This document shows positions 18,119-26,119 of a stretch of DNA of 64,000 nt, piece by piece. Source of the stretch: an uncultured Oscillospiraceae bacterium (GTDB taxonomy: Bacteria; Bacillota; Clostridia; Oscillospirales; Ruminococcaceae); assembly GCA_964550985.1 (NCBI GenBank), contig CAZKBM010000006.1, positions 10,642 to 74,641 on the forward strand, read 5' to 3'. The translations under genes and the position numbers were made by a program. Each line of letters begins with the position of its first letter. Position 1 is the stretch's first letter. The notes beneath the pieces are model-generated. The model saw only the letters and a program-made list of their open reading frames with translations, searched no databases and was not told the DNA's origin.

Positions 18119-18232
18119 CTGGTTTCCTCCCCGCTGCCCCAGCCCGCTATATATGCCTGTCTCTGCCACCAAGTACAATTCTTCCCAAAAAGCCATAAGG
18201 CGTTTTTTTGGTAAACTGCCAAACCAAAAGCG

Positions 18233-18943
18233 CTATAGCCCCCCAAAGCGCCTGTCGCGCTTATGGTAGGCGGCCACGGCCTCGTCAAAATCTTTCCGGG
18301 TAAAATCGGGCCAAAAAACATCGGTTGTTATAAACTCTGCGTAGGCGCACTGCCAAAGCAAAAAATTTGAGATACGCTGTTCGCCCGAAGTGCGCAGAAT
18401 AAAATCGGGCATGGGCTGGTTTTTGGTATACAGATGCTGTTCTACACAGGCCTCATCCATGTCTTCGGGGGCCAACTTCCCCTGCCTTACCTCTTCTGCC
18501 AGGGCTTTGGCCGCCCGTACAATCTCCTGGCGGCCACCGTAGTTTACGGCCACATTCAGCACCATGCCCGTGCGATTTTGGGTTTTTTCTTCAATATCCT
18601 GCATCATCTCCTGGTGTTCGGCGGGCAGCACGCTGCGCTCCCCCAAAAAAACCACCTTGTTGTTCTCTTTTATAAACCGGTACATCCGTTTCAGGCTGGC
18701 GCCAAACAGGCTCATAATAAAGTCCAGTTCCTCTTTGGGGCGGGCCCAATTTTCGGTGGAGAGGGCATAGAAAGAGATGGCCGCCACCTTCTGCTGGTTT
18801 GCATAGCGGGTGATATCCTCAAAAACATCGGCCCCTTTTTTATGCCCGGCCGTGCGTGGCAAACCTCGTTTTTTGGCCCAGCGTCCATTGCCATCCATAA
18901 TAATTCCAATGGAAAGGCCCGTGGCCAAAGTATTTTCCTGCAT
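18233..18943 (-). CDS. uppS: Undecaprenyl diphosphate synthase (cis-prenyltransferase)
   Basis: IIMDGNGRWA, FYALSTENW.RP and FLLWQCAYAEF motifs. ATG at 18943 has an AAAGGA RBS. The track ORF begins at an upstream TTG. Confidence 0.93.
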   Translation of the reverse strand: MQENTLATGLSIGIIMDGNGRWAKKRGLPRTAGHKKGADVFEDITRYANQQKVAAISFYALSTENWARPKEELDFIMSLFGASLKRMYRFIKENNKVVFLGERSVLPAEHQEMMQDIEEKTQNRTGMVLNVAVNYGGRQEIVRAAKALAEEVRQGKLAPEDMDEACVEQHLYTKNQPMPDFILRTSGEQRISNFLLWQCAYAEFITTDVFWPDFTRKDFDEAVAAYHKRDRRFGGL

Positions 18944-19040
18944 AGGCGAATGTCCTTTCTGCAATACTACCCCTGCTTTTTATATAGAAGGTGCCGCGCT
19001 CCATGCGCGGCACCTGGCGGCTGCGTTGGCTGTATGCAAT

Positions 19041-19064
19041 TACAGCATTTGAACAAATGCTGTA
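19041..19064. repeat. Perfect 24-nt palindrome TACAGCATTTGAACAAATGCTGTA, copy A
   Basis: Identical copies occur at 37030-37053 and 42479-42502. This copy lies 7 nt downstream of the frr stop and ~100 nt upstream of uppS. Confidence 0.9.
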
Positions 19065-19070
19065 GGCGGT

Positions 19071-19628
19071 TTAAATTTCCATAATCTCCCGGTTCTTTTC
19101 CTCACACATATGGTCCACCTCCGCAGTGTTTTTATCGGTCAATTTCTGTACTTCGTGTTCCAGTTCCTTCAAATCATCCTCGGTAATCTCGCTCTTTTTT
19201 TTCTGGGCTTTAAAGGCGTCTATGGCTTCGCGCCGCACATTGCGCACGGCCACCTTCGCCTCTTCGCCCAGCTTTAAAACGTCCTTGCCCAGTTGTTTAC
19301 GCCGCTCCTCTGTGGGCGAGGGGAACACCAGGCGGATGAGTTTGCCGTCGTTTGTGGGGTTGATGCCAATATCCGAGGTGAGAATGGCTTTTTCGATGGC
19401 GCGGATAAGGGAGGCGTCCCAGGGGGCAATGGTGAGGACGCGGGCCTCCGCCACCGAAACTGCGGCCACCTGGGCCACCGGGGTGGGGGTTCCATAATAA
19501 TCCACTACTAGCTTATCCAATACGGCGGGGTTGGCCCGCCCTGCGCGGATGGCCCCAAGTTCTTTGGCCAGGTGGCCCAGGGCTTTATCCATTCTTTCCG
19601 CATAAGGTTTTGTCTGCTCACTGGCCAT
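19071..19628 (-). CDS. frr: Ribosome recycling factor
   Basis: 185 aa from the ATG at 19628 (AAAGGAG RBS). Typical Frr sequence (RAGRANPAVLD, ...LTEDD.K..E.EVQKLTD). Confidence 0.95.
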   Translation of the reverse strand: MASEQTKPYAERMDKALGHLAKELGAIRAGRANPAVLDKLVVDYYGTPTPVAQVAAVSVAEARVLTIAPWDASLIRAIEKAILTSDIGINPTNDGKLIRLVFPSPTEERRKQLGKDVLKLGEEAKVAVRNVRREAIDAFKAQKKKSEITEDDLKELEHEVQKLTDKNTAEVDHMCEEKNREIMEI

Positions 19629-19775
19629 TATGTACACTCCTTTGTTCTGGGGCGCGTTAACACAGGTGCCAACCGCCCGTCTAATTGGCAAATAGCATAC
19701 CATTTTGCGCTAAATGAAACACGGCGAAACGTCCACTGTGTTATAACCGTTTTTATCGGTCTTTTGCAGATATTT

Positions 19776-20492
19776 TTAGGGCTCCACCAGGGTGCCAATA
19801 TCCTCGCCCAACACGGCGCGGCAGATATTTTCCGGGTCAGAAAGGTCAAACACATACAGCGGCAGGCGGTTATCCCAGCAAAGGGTGGCCGCGGTGGAAT
19901 CCATAACGGCCAGGCGTTTTTCCAGCACTTGGCTAAAGGGCAGGCTTTTATAGCGCTTGGCATCGGTGTTTTTCTTGGGGTCACTATCGTATACGCCATC
20001 CACCATGGTGGCTTTTAGCACAATATCCGCGTTGATCTCCGCCCCGCGTAGCGCTGCGGCCGTATCGGTGGAAAAATAGGGGTTGCCCGTGCCACAGGCC
20101 ATAATTACAATGCGCCCATGCTGCATATGCCGCAGCGCCTTGTTGCGGATGTAGGGCTCGGCCACGGCCTGCATGGGTATGGCGGTTTGCACCCGCACCT
20201 CAAGGCCGTATTGTTCCAAGGCATCGGCCACGGCCAGGGCATTCATAACGGTGGCCAACATTCCAATTTGGTCGCTGCGGGTACGTTCCATATCCCCCCC
20301 GCTGCGGCCCCGCCAAAAGTTGCCCCCGCCCACCACAATGGACATCTCCACCCCGGTTTTGTGGGCTTTGGCTATTCCGCCGCAGATGGTTTTTACGGTT
20401 TCCACATCGATGCCAAAGCTTTTATCTCCCGCCAGCGCCTCGCCGGATAGTTTTAAGAGAACCCGTTTATATTTTGCTTTCAGGCCTTTCAC
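19776..20492 (-). CDS. pyrH: UMP kinase
   Basis: [24 protein letters not shown] and the C-terminal half match PyrH. GTG start with an AGAGGTAAAGG RBS. Confidence 0.95.
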   Translation of the reverse strand: MKGLKAKYKRVLLKLSGEALAGDKSFGIDVETVKTICGGIAKAHKTGVEMSIVVGGGNFWRGRSGGDMERTRSDQIGMLATVMNALAVADALEQYGLEVRVQTAIPMQAVAEPYIRNKALRHMQHGRIVIMACGTGNPYFSTDTAAALRGAEINADIVLKATMVDGVYDSDPKKNTDAKRYKSLPFSQVLEKRLAVMDSTAATLCWDNRLPLYVFDLSDPENICRAVLGEDIGTLVEP

Positions 20493-20534
20493 CCCGCCTT
20501 TACCTCTGTTTTACAGTCGTTTCGCTTCTTCTTA

Positions 20535-20562
20535 ACATTTTACAATAGAACCGCCCTGATGT
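20535..20562 (-). promoter_or_regulatory. Candidate sigma-A promoter for pyrH
   Basis: Minus strand reads TTACAT-16 nt-(TG)TAAAAT, ~45 nt upstream of the GTG start. Confidence 0.4.
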
Positions 20563-20671
20563 AAAGCGGGCCTAAGCACCCAAGATGGCCAAAATGCCGG
20601 AGTTTTGAATAAGCCCCCCAGCTGCGGACGATTGTATGCGCCTGGGCCCTTCCTGAGAAAACCAAAACCCT

Positions 20672-21988
20672 TTAGGGCAGTAAGGGCAATAGTTCCGCCA
20701 AATTTTGCAAGGTGTGGCTTGCACTTGCTTTGCCGCCGGGTTTTGGGTGTACCCACACCGAGGTAAACCCGGCCCGGTTTGCCCCCGCAATATCGTCCTC
20801 GGGGTTATCCCCTATCATCCAGCAGCTTTGGGGCCTTCCCGCAAGGCTTCTGGCCGCCTCAAATATCTCTACCCTTGGCTTATCATAGCCCACCAGGGCC
20901 GAAACCACCACCCCGCTGAGATAGGGCGAGAGCCCAAGGGCATTTGCAATCTCCATAAGTTCGGGGTAGTTGTTGGAGAGCAGGTAGTGCCGGTAGCCCC
21001 GGCTTTGCAGCGTTTGCAGGGTGGGTATTGCGTCTGGATACAGCGTATAGCGGCCCGGCTGCAAAACCTTCTCCCGCAGCAGGGGCGCAAGCAAGGCCGC
21101 TTCAGGCTGTGTAAACCCACAGTTCACAAACATTTTTGCAAACTCTTTTTCGCAGTGGGCCCACCAGGCGCCGGGGGCCTGCAAATGGCGGGTATCGCGG
21201 CTGGGTACGCTCCACCAGGGCAGGCACTGCCCGTGCAGGTTTTCCTCCAGCACCCCCCGGCTCAGCGGTTTTTCGGGCAGGGCCTCAGCGGCGGCCTCCA
21301 TGGCAGCGTCATACCAAACCACGTCCGGCAGGCTGAGCGTACCGTGAAAATCCCAAAACAGGGCAGGTTTTTCCTCCCTCATATATGCCTCCAACTCTTT
21401 TTTTGTATACAGGGCGCTAAGCACCTGGCAAAGCGCTTTTTTGCTAAGGCGGGCGGGCAAGCCCAGCCGCTTTAATAGTTTACGGCGTCTCTCGGCACTG
21501 CCCTCCCCGCCCGAAAGGCCCATCTCAAACAGTTCAGTATAGCCTATGGGCTGTTTTGCGGTAAACCCTTGGGGCCCTTCGGCCGAATCAGCCGCCGCAC
21601 CCTCCCCCGGCCCCAAAACCCCGGCCCTTTGCAGGGCCTGCAAAAGCACCTCGGGGCGCATCCCCTCTACCCCCAGGGTGCCCTCCTTGGCGGGGGCGCT
21701 TTTGCGGCGCTCCTTACCGGGCAAAGCGGGGATGTAGGCGTGCCAAATCTGACAGCCCGCACAAATTTTTTCCACATAGTGCCGTATACGAAAACCCGCC
21801 GCGTCGGAATCGGTTAAAATGAGCAGACCGCGCTGGCGGCCCAGGCAGCGCAGCAGGTCTTTTTTCTCCTGGCTGGAAAACAGGGAAAAACCATCGGTGG
21901 TGAGGATGAGGCCATCGACAAGGCCCGCCACGGCTGCGGCGTCGTAACGGCCCTCCACCACCACAACCTGGCGTAAGCGCAGCCGCAT
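20672..21988 (-). CDS. Fusion protein: RNase M5-like Toprim domain (RnmV/DUF4093-like) + C-terminal HAD-superfamily hydrolase
   Basis: The N-terminal ~200 aa aligns by eye to B. subtilis RnmV (VVVVEGRYD, ILTDSDAAGFRIR, GVEG, GLSGG..AERRRKLLKRLGL). The C-terminal ~230 aa has HAD motifs (FWDFHGTL, LLSNN, GDNPEDDIAGANRAGF). The start ATG shares an A with the holA stop (TAATG). Confidence 0.75.
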   Translation of the reverse strand: MRLRLRQVVVVEGRYDAAAVAGLVDGLILTTDGFSLFSSQEKKDLLRCLGRQRGLLILTDSDAAGFRIRHYVEKICAGCQIWHAYIPALPGKERRKSAPAKEGTLGVEGMRPEVLLQALQRAGVLGPGEGAAADSAEGPQGFTAKQPIGYTELFEMGLSGGEGSAERRRKLLKRLGLPARLSKKALCQVLSALYTKKELEAYMREEKPALFWDFHGTLSLPDVVWYDAAMEAAAEALPEKPLSRGVLEENLHGQCLPWWSVPSRDTRHLQAPGAWWAHCEKEFAKMFVNCGFTQPEAALLAPLLREKVLQPGRYTLYPDAIPTLQTLQSRGYRHYLLSNNYPELMEIANALGLSPYLSGVVVSALVGYDKPRVEIFEAARSLAGRPQSCWMIGDNPEDDIAGANRAGFTSVWVHPKPGGKASASHTLQNLAELLPLLP

Positions 21989-23025
21989 TAGGGCCCCTCC
22001 CGCAGGCGAATGAGGTCCTCAACTGCAGCCTGTAATAAAATGTTTTTGTCGCTTAAGGGGTTGCTTTTTAAATCTCTATCCAGCTTTGCCAGGGCCAGCA
22101 CCCCCTGTTCCAGGGCTTTTGTGGAATAGCGCTGGGCGTTCTCCTTGGCTTTTACCAAGCGGTAATCGCTGCCTTTGTAGCCCATATCCGTAAAAACGGC
22201 CGCGGGAGCTTTGCGGCATTCGGCCCCGGTGCGTACCCGTAGCATATCCACAAAACTGCCCCCCAGCGCCGCCGTAATGGCCACGGGCTCATGCCGCAGC
22301 TCAAACAGTTCGGCCAGTTTTTCCTGTGCGGGGCCACGGCGGCCCGCCGTAATAAGCCGCACGAGTTCAAAGACGTCGGCCTCGATGTTGTTGACACTGT
22401 ACCGCCGCACCGTTTGGCACGCAATCTGTCCATAGGCCGAGATGGCCGCCAATTTCTCGGTCTCGTTTTGCAAAAGGGGGCGGCTGGGGCCACAGCGCTC
22501 CAGCAGTTCCTCGGCGGCACCGGGCGCAAAGCCTGCGCCGCCGCAGTTTTGGGCTGTTTGCTGTAAAAAGGCCAAATTTTCCTGTTTGGTGGGGGGCTGC
22601 AGTTCGGCCGCGAAGCCGCTTTTGGCGGCGGCTTCAAACAGCATCTTGGCCTTTTTGCTGCCCGCCGCCCTTTTATCTTTGTGCAGCGCCGTAACCAGCA
22701 GCAGGGCATTCTCCAAATCGCCAAACAGTTCGGTTAGTTCCTTGGCGTCTTTGTCGCTGAGTGAGGCGGGGGCTAACTCTCGCAGTATCACCTGCCGTGT
22801 ACCCCCAAATAGCGAGATGGCCCCTGCTGCGGCAATCAACTCACCTAGGTCCGGCTGGGGGCCATCCAGGCGGGTGGGGGCCTCTTTTCCCTCGTCTTTC
22901 CAGCGCTGGGAAACGGCCTTTTCCCCCTCTCGCAGCAGCCCTGCGTCGGTGGCGGAAAAATAGATGACACCGCCGTTTTGCAAGGCGTCCCACTGTTTTT
23001 CCAGTTTATTAAGCAAAGATGTCAT
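21988..23025 (-). CDS. holA: DNA polymerase III delta subunit
   Basis: 345 aa. Sits in the canonical comEC-holA position, with a delta-like N-terminal clamp-loader fold sequence (..LFGGTRQVILREL..). Confidence 0.8.
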   Translation of the reverse strand: MTSLLNKLEKQWDALQNGGVIYFSATDAGLLREGEKAVSQRWKDEGKEAPTRLDGPQPDLGELIAAAGAISLFGGTRQVILRELAPASLSDKDAKELTELFGDLENALLLVTALHKDKRAAGSKKAKMLFEAAAKSGFAAELQPPTKQENLAFLQQTAQNCGGAGFAPGAAEELLERCGPSRPLLQNETEKLAAISAYGQIACQTVRRYSVNNIEADVFELVRLITAGRRGPAQEKLAELFELRHEPVAITAALGGSFVDMLRVRTGAECRKAPAAVFTDMGYKGSDYRLVKAKENAQRYSTKALEQGVLALAKLDRDLKSNPLSDKNILLQAAVEDLIRLREGP

Positions 23026-25114
23026 GATCGCTCTCCCTATAAATTACGCTTTTGCCCGGCCGGATGCAGAGCTGGGCGTTCCCCTCGCTGTACAAAACCT
23101 CTTTTTGGGCGTCCGCCCATTCGGGCGTTGCCGAGGCTGTAAACAACAGCCCATATTCCCCCTCCACTGCGCCATTTGAAGGGATGAGCACATCCACCGC
23201 AGGATAGGCCCTAAGGTCTGCGCCGCCCGCAACCAAGGCCAGCTTATAGCCCTCTATATCCAGGCAGGCTATCTGCCCCTCTCCCTGCGCCTGCAGGTAC
23301 ACCTGTACATCCGGCAGGGGAGAAAATATCTCCCGGTAACGCAGTTCTTCTGCGGGCGCATACACGGCCTCGGGGCGGAAAAGCGCCACGTACTCGGTGC
23401 TTTGTGGGTTTTGCCGCATATCCAAAAACAGCACGCATTGGCGCAGGTTTTGCCGGGCAAACACCCGCTCTGCCTCGTTTGCCGCAAGGCGGCTGCGGTA
23501 TAAAACCACACCCTTACCACCCTGGCTTACCACCACGGCCGCGCCGGGGCCGCTGCCCACAAGGCCAATGCGCACGGTATCCTTATCCAAATAAAAGTGC
23601 AAGGCAAGGGCCAGCGGCAGGGTGAGGGCCGCCGCCACGGCATAGGTTTTGCGGTAGGGGGTGCGCAGGGCCAGCCACAAAAGCAGGTAGGCCAGTAAAA
23701 TGGCGGTGAAAAAGAACAGGCCGCCCACAGTGATGTACAACCCCGGCAGCGAGGCGGCAAAGCCGGTAAGCAGCTCCAAAAGGTGCAGCAGCCAGCCGCC
23801 CAATAGGGCAAATGGACGGAGGAAAAACTCCAGCACCGGCAGGCCGGTGGGCAAAGCCAGCGCAAAGCCGCAAAGCAGAATGGGGCTTAACAGCGGCACG
23901 GCCAAAAGATTCATGGGCAGCGCCAGCAACGAGAACCCAAAGCTGTTTAGCGCCACAACCGGCAGGGTTGCCAGGGTGACGCAGCTTGGCACGGCCGCAA
24001 GCTGCCCCAGCCGCAACAGGGCTTTTTGCCAAAATGCCAGGGGCCCATCTCCAAAATGGCGGCCAAGCTTTGCGGCGCATTGCGCCCCCAACAAGGTGCC
24101 CAGCGTGGCCGTGAAGGAAAGCTGCAAACCCGCATCGGTTGCGGCAAAAGGGTTTTGTAGGCAGAGCAACAACCCGGCCAGCCCAAGGGAGGTGTATACA
24201 TCGGCCTTGCGGCCAAACAGAACCGCCCCGTACACAAGAAGGCAGGCTATGCCGCTGCGCAGAATAGACGGGGTGAGGCCCGTAAAGGCCATAAACAGGA
24301 ACACCGCCGCCATGGAAAAAACCGCCACCAGCCTTTTGCGGCGCAAAACCGCCCTGCAAAACGCGTACACAGCGCCTGTTAGGATGGAGAGGTGCAGCCC
24401 CGAAACCACCAGCATATGCGAGAGGCCCGCCATACGGTAGGCTTCGGTTGTAGCGCTGCTTAAATTGCGCCTGTCGCCCAGGGCCATGGCTGCCGCCACC
24501 GAGGCCAGCCGCCGGGGCAGGCGGGCGCCAATATTTTCAGCCGCCACATATTTTAAGCGGCGCATCTGGCCCAAAAAGGTGGTTTGCTCCCCTATTGTTT
24601 CCACTATTTGTGCTTGGGCGTTTATATATATTCCTTTGGCGTGGTTGTAGGCAATGTCATCCCGCCCTGCCAAGGGGCGGAAGCTTAGCTCCAGCCGCAA
24701 AACCTCCCCAATGGCGGCTGGGGGAAGGTCATACACCTGCAGCTTTATGGGCGCTTTGGGCGTTTGCCCCGCCAGCGTTAGCACGGTAAGGTTCAAGGTG
24801 TATCTCTCCTCCCCATAGCCGGGGCGGCTATCCTCCACACGGGCCGTAACCGTCTGCGTTTGCCCGGCCAAAGCTTGTACCGGCCTTACAAACACCTGCT
24901 GGTATGCCAGCGTATACAAAAAGGCAAACCCGGTGGCGGCCAAAAGCAGCGGCCCAACCAAGGCCTGCGGCCTTTTGCGCAACCACAAAAACCCCAGCCC
25001 TGCCACAAGGGCCAAAACGGCCCCCAAGGGGAACAGAAACCCCGCCGGCAACCAGGAGGCCGCCAGCAGGGCAAGCAAAAAACCAAGGCCAAAAACCGCA
25101 AGCGGACGCCGCAT
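23009..25114 (-). CDS. comEC: DNA internalization-related competence protein ComEC/Rec2 (C-terminal MBL-like region lacks the HxHxDH motif)
   Basis: 701 aa with an N-terminal OB/DUF4131-like region and a multi-TM competence domain (GLSHMLVVSGLHL). The C-terminal ~190 aa has no HxHxDH. Confidence 0.85.
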   Translation of the reverse strand: MRRPLAVFGLGFLLALLAASWLPAGFLFPLGAVLALVAGLGFLWLRKRPQALVGPLLLAATGFAFLYTLAYQQVFVRPVQALAGQTQTVTARVEDSRPGYGEERYTLNLTVLTLAGQTPKAPIKLQVYDLPPAAIGEVLRLELSFRPLAGRDDIAYNHAKGIYINAQAQIVETIGEQTTFLGQMRRLKYVAAENIGARLPRRLASVAAAMALGDRRNLSSATTEAYRMAGLSHMLVVSGLHLSILTGAVYAFCRAVLRRKRLVAVFSMAAVFLFMAFTGLTPSILRSGIACLLVYGAVLFGRKADVYTSLGLAGLLLCLQNPFAATDAGLQLSFTATLGTLLGAQCAAKLGRHFGDGPLAFWQKALLRLGQLAAVPSCVTLATLPVVALNSFGFSLLALPMNLLAVPLLSPILLCGFALALPTGLPVLEFFLRPFALLGGWLLHLLELLTGFAASLPGLYITVGGLFFFTAILLAYLLLWLALRTPYRKTYAVAAALTLPLALALHFYLDKDTVRIGLVGSGPGAAVVVSQGGKGVVLYRSRLAANEAERVFARQNLRQCVLFLDMRQNPQSTEYVALFRPEAVYAPAEELRYREIFSPLPDVQVYLQAQGEGQIACLDIEGYKLALVAGGADLRAYPAVDVLIPSNGAVEGEYGLLFTASATPEWADAQKEVLYSEGNAQLCIRPGKSVIYRESDHDIFA

Positions 25115-25123
25115 ACCGCCGGT

Positions 25124-25660
25124 TTACTGGATGAGGGGAAGCGGCGCCAAAAACAATATGTCTTTGCGTTTTGCGGCGTCCCCTTCGGCCAAAACGGCGG
25201 CGCGCGCCACAATGGTGGCCGTGCTTTTTTCCACAATGGCCTCCATGGCAAGCAGCGAGCCCCCTGTGCTGATCACGTCGTCCACAATCAGCACACGCTT
25301 TCCGTTCAAATAGTCAAGGTCGGGTTTATCAATGCAAAGGCTTTGCACCTCTTTTGTGGTGATAGACTGTACTTCCACCACCACCGGCTGCTGCATGTAC
25401 AGCTTTTTGCCCTTGCGCGCCGGGATGTATCTTTTCCCGCTCTGGCGGCTCATCTCATACGCCAGGGGAATGGCCTTGCTCTCCGCAGTCACAATCACAT
25501 CAAAAGCGGGTGCGCGGCGCAGCAGTTCTTCGGCGCAGGCAATGGTAAGTTCCACATCGCCAAACATGATGAAGGCGGCGATAGAGAGTTCCTCGCTAAT
25601 TTTGCAGATGCGAAGCTCGCGGGTAATTCCGGCCACTTCCAATTTATACGTTTCCGGCAT
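25124..25660 (-). CDS. Type I phosphoribosyltransferase (adenine/purine PRT-like)
   Basis: PRPP-binding loop VLIVDDVISTGGSL. 178 aa. AAAGGGG RBS. Confidence 0.75.
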   Translation of the reverse strand: MPETYKLEVAGITRELRICKISEELSIAAFIMFGDVELTIACAEELLRRAPAFDVIVTAESKAIPLAYEMSRQSGKRYIPARKGKKLYMQQPVVVEVQSITTKEVQSLCIDKPDLDYLNGKRVLIVDDVISTGGSLLAMEAIVEKSTATIVARAAVLAEGDAAKRKDILFLAPLPLIQ

Positions 25661-25750
25661 ATGGGTTTGCCCCTTTCATACTTTACGGCTACTTTACGGT
25701 TTAATAAGAACAGAATAAATACCTCTTAGAAATAAGCAGAGTATTGGCCG

Positions 25751-26092
25751 CTAGCCCGGAGGCCAGCCCAGTGCACGGCCACCCAGCAGGTGGAAGTGCA
25801 GATGCCCCACGCTTTGGCCGCCGTCCTGCCCCACGTTGGAGACAATGCGCCAGCCCCCGCTGAGGCCCTCCTCCTCGGCCAGTTGTGCGGCGGCGGCAAA
25901 CATCCGCCCCAGCAATGGGCCATCGGCCTGGCTTAGGCAGGCGGCGGAATCGATGTGTTTTTTGGGGATGAGCAGAATGTGGCTGGGGGCCTTGGGGTCG
26001 ATATCCCGGAAGGCCAACACCTCATCATCCTCATATACGATGATACTGGGAATTTCCTTGTTCGCAATTTTGCAAAACAGGCAATCGGGCAC
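25751..26092 (-). CDS. HIT-family nucleotide hydrolase/transferase (HinT-like)
   Basis: CLFCKI N-terminus and the histidine triad HLHFHLLGG. GTG start with a GAGGAGGGGAG RBS. Confidence 0.9.
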   Translation of the reverse strand: MPDCLFCKIANKEIPSIIVYEDDEVLAFRDIDPKAPSHILLIPKKHIDSAACLSQADGPLLGRMFAAAAQLAEEEGLSGGWRIVSNVGQDGGQSVGHLHFHLLGGRALGWPPG

Positions 26093-26119
26093 TTTACTCC
26101 CCTCCTCATGGCTAAAAAA

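Noticed and set aside
19041-19064. The 24-nt palindrome as a LexA (Cheo box) site or an ordinary intrinsic terminator
   Set aside because: The Cheo box needs GAAC-N4-GTTC, and here only a single central GAAC is present. As a terminator the stem is AT-rich with no U-tract, and copy B has no upstream co-directional gene to terminate.
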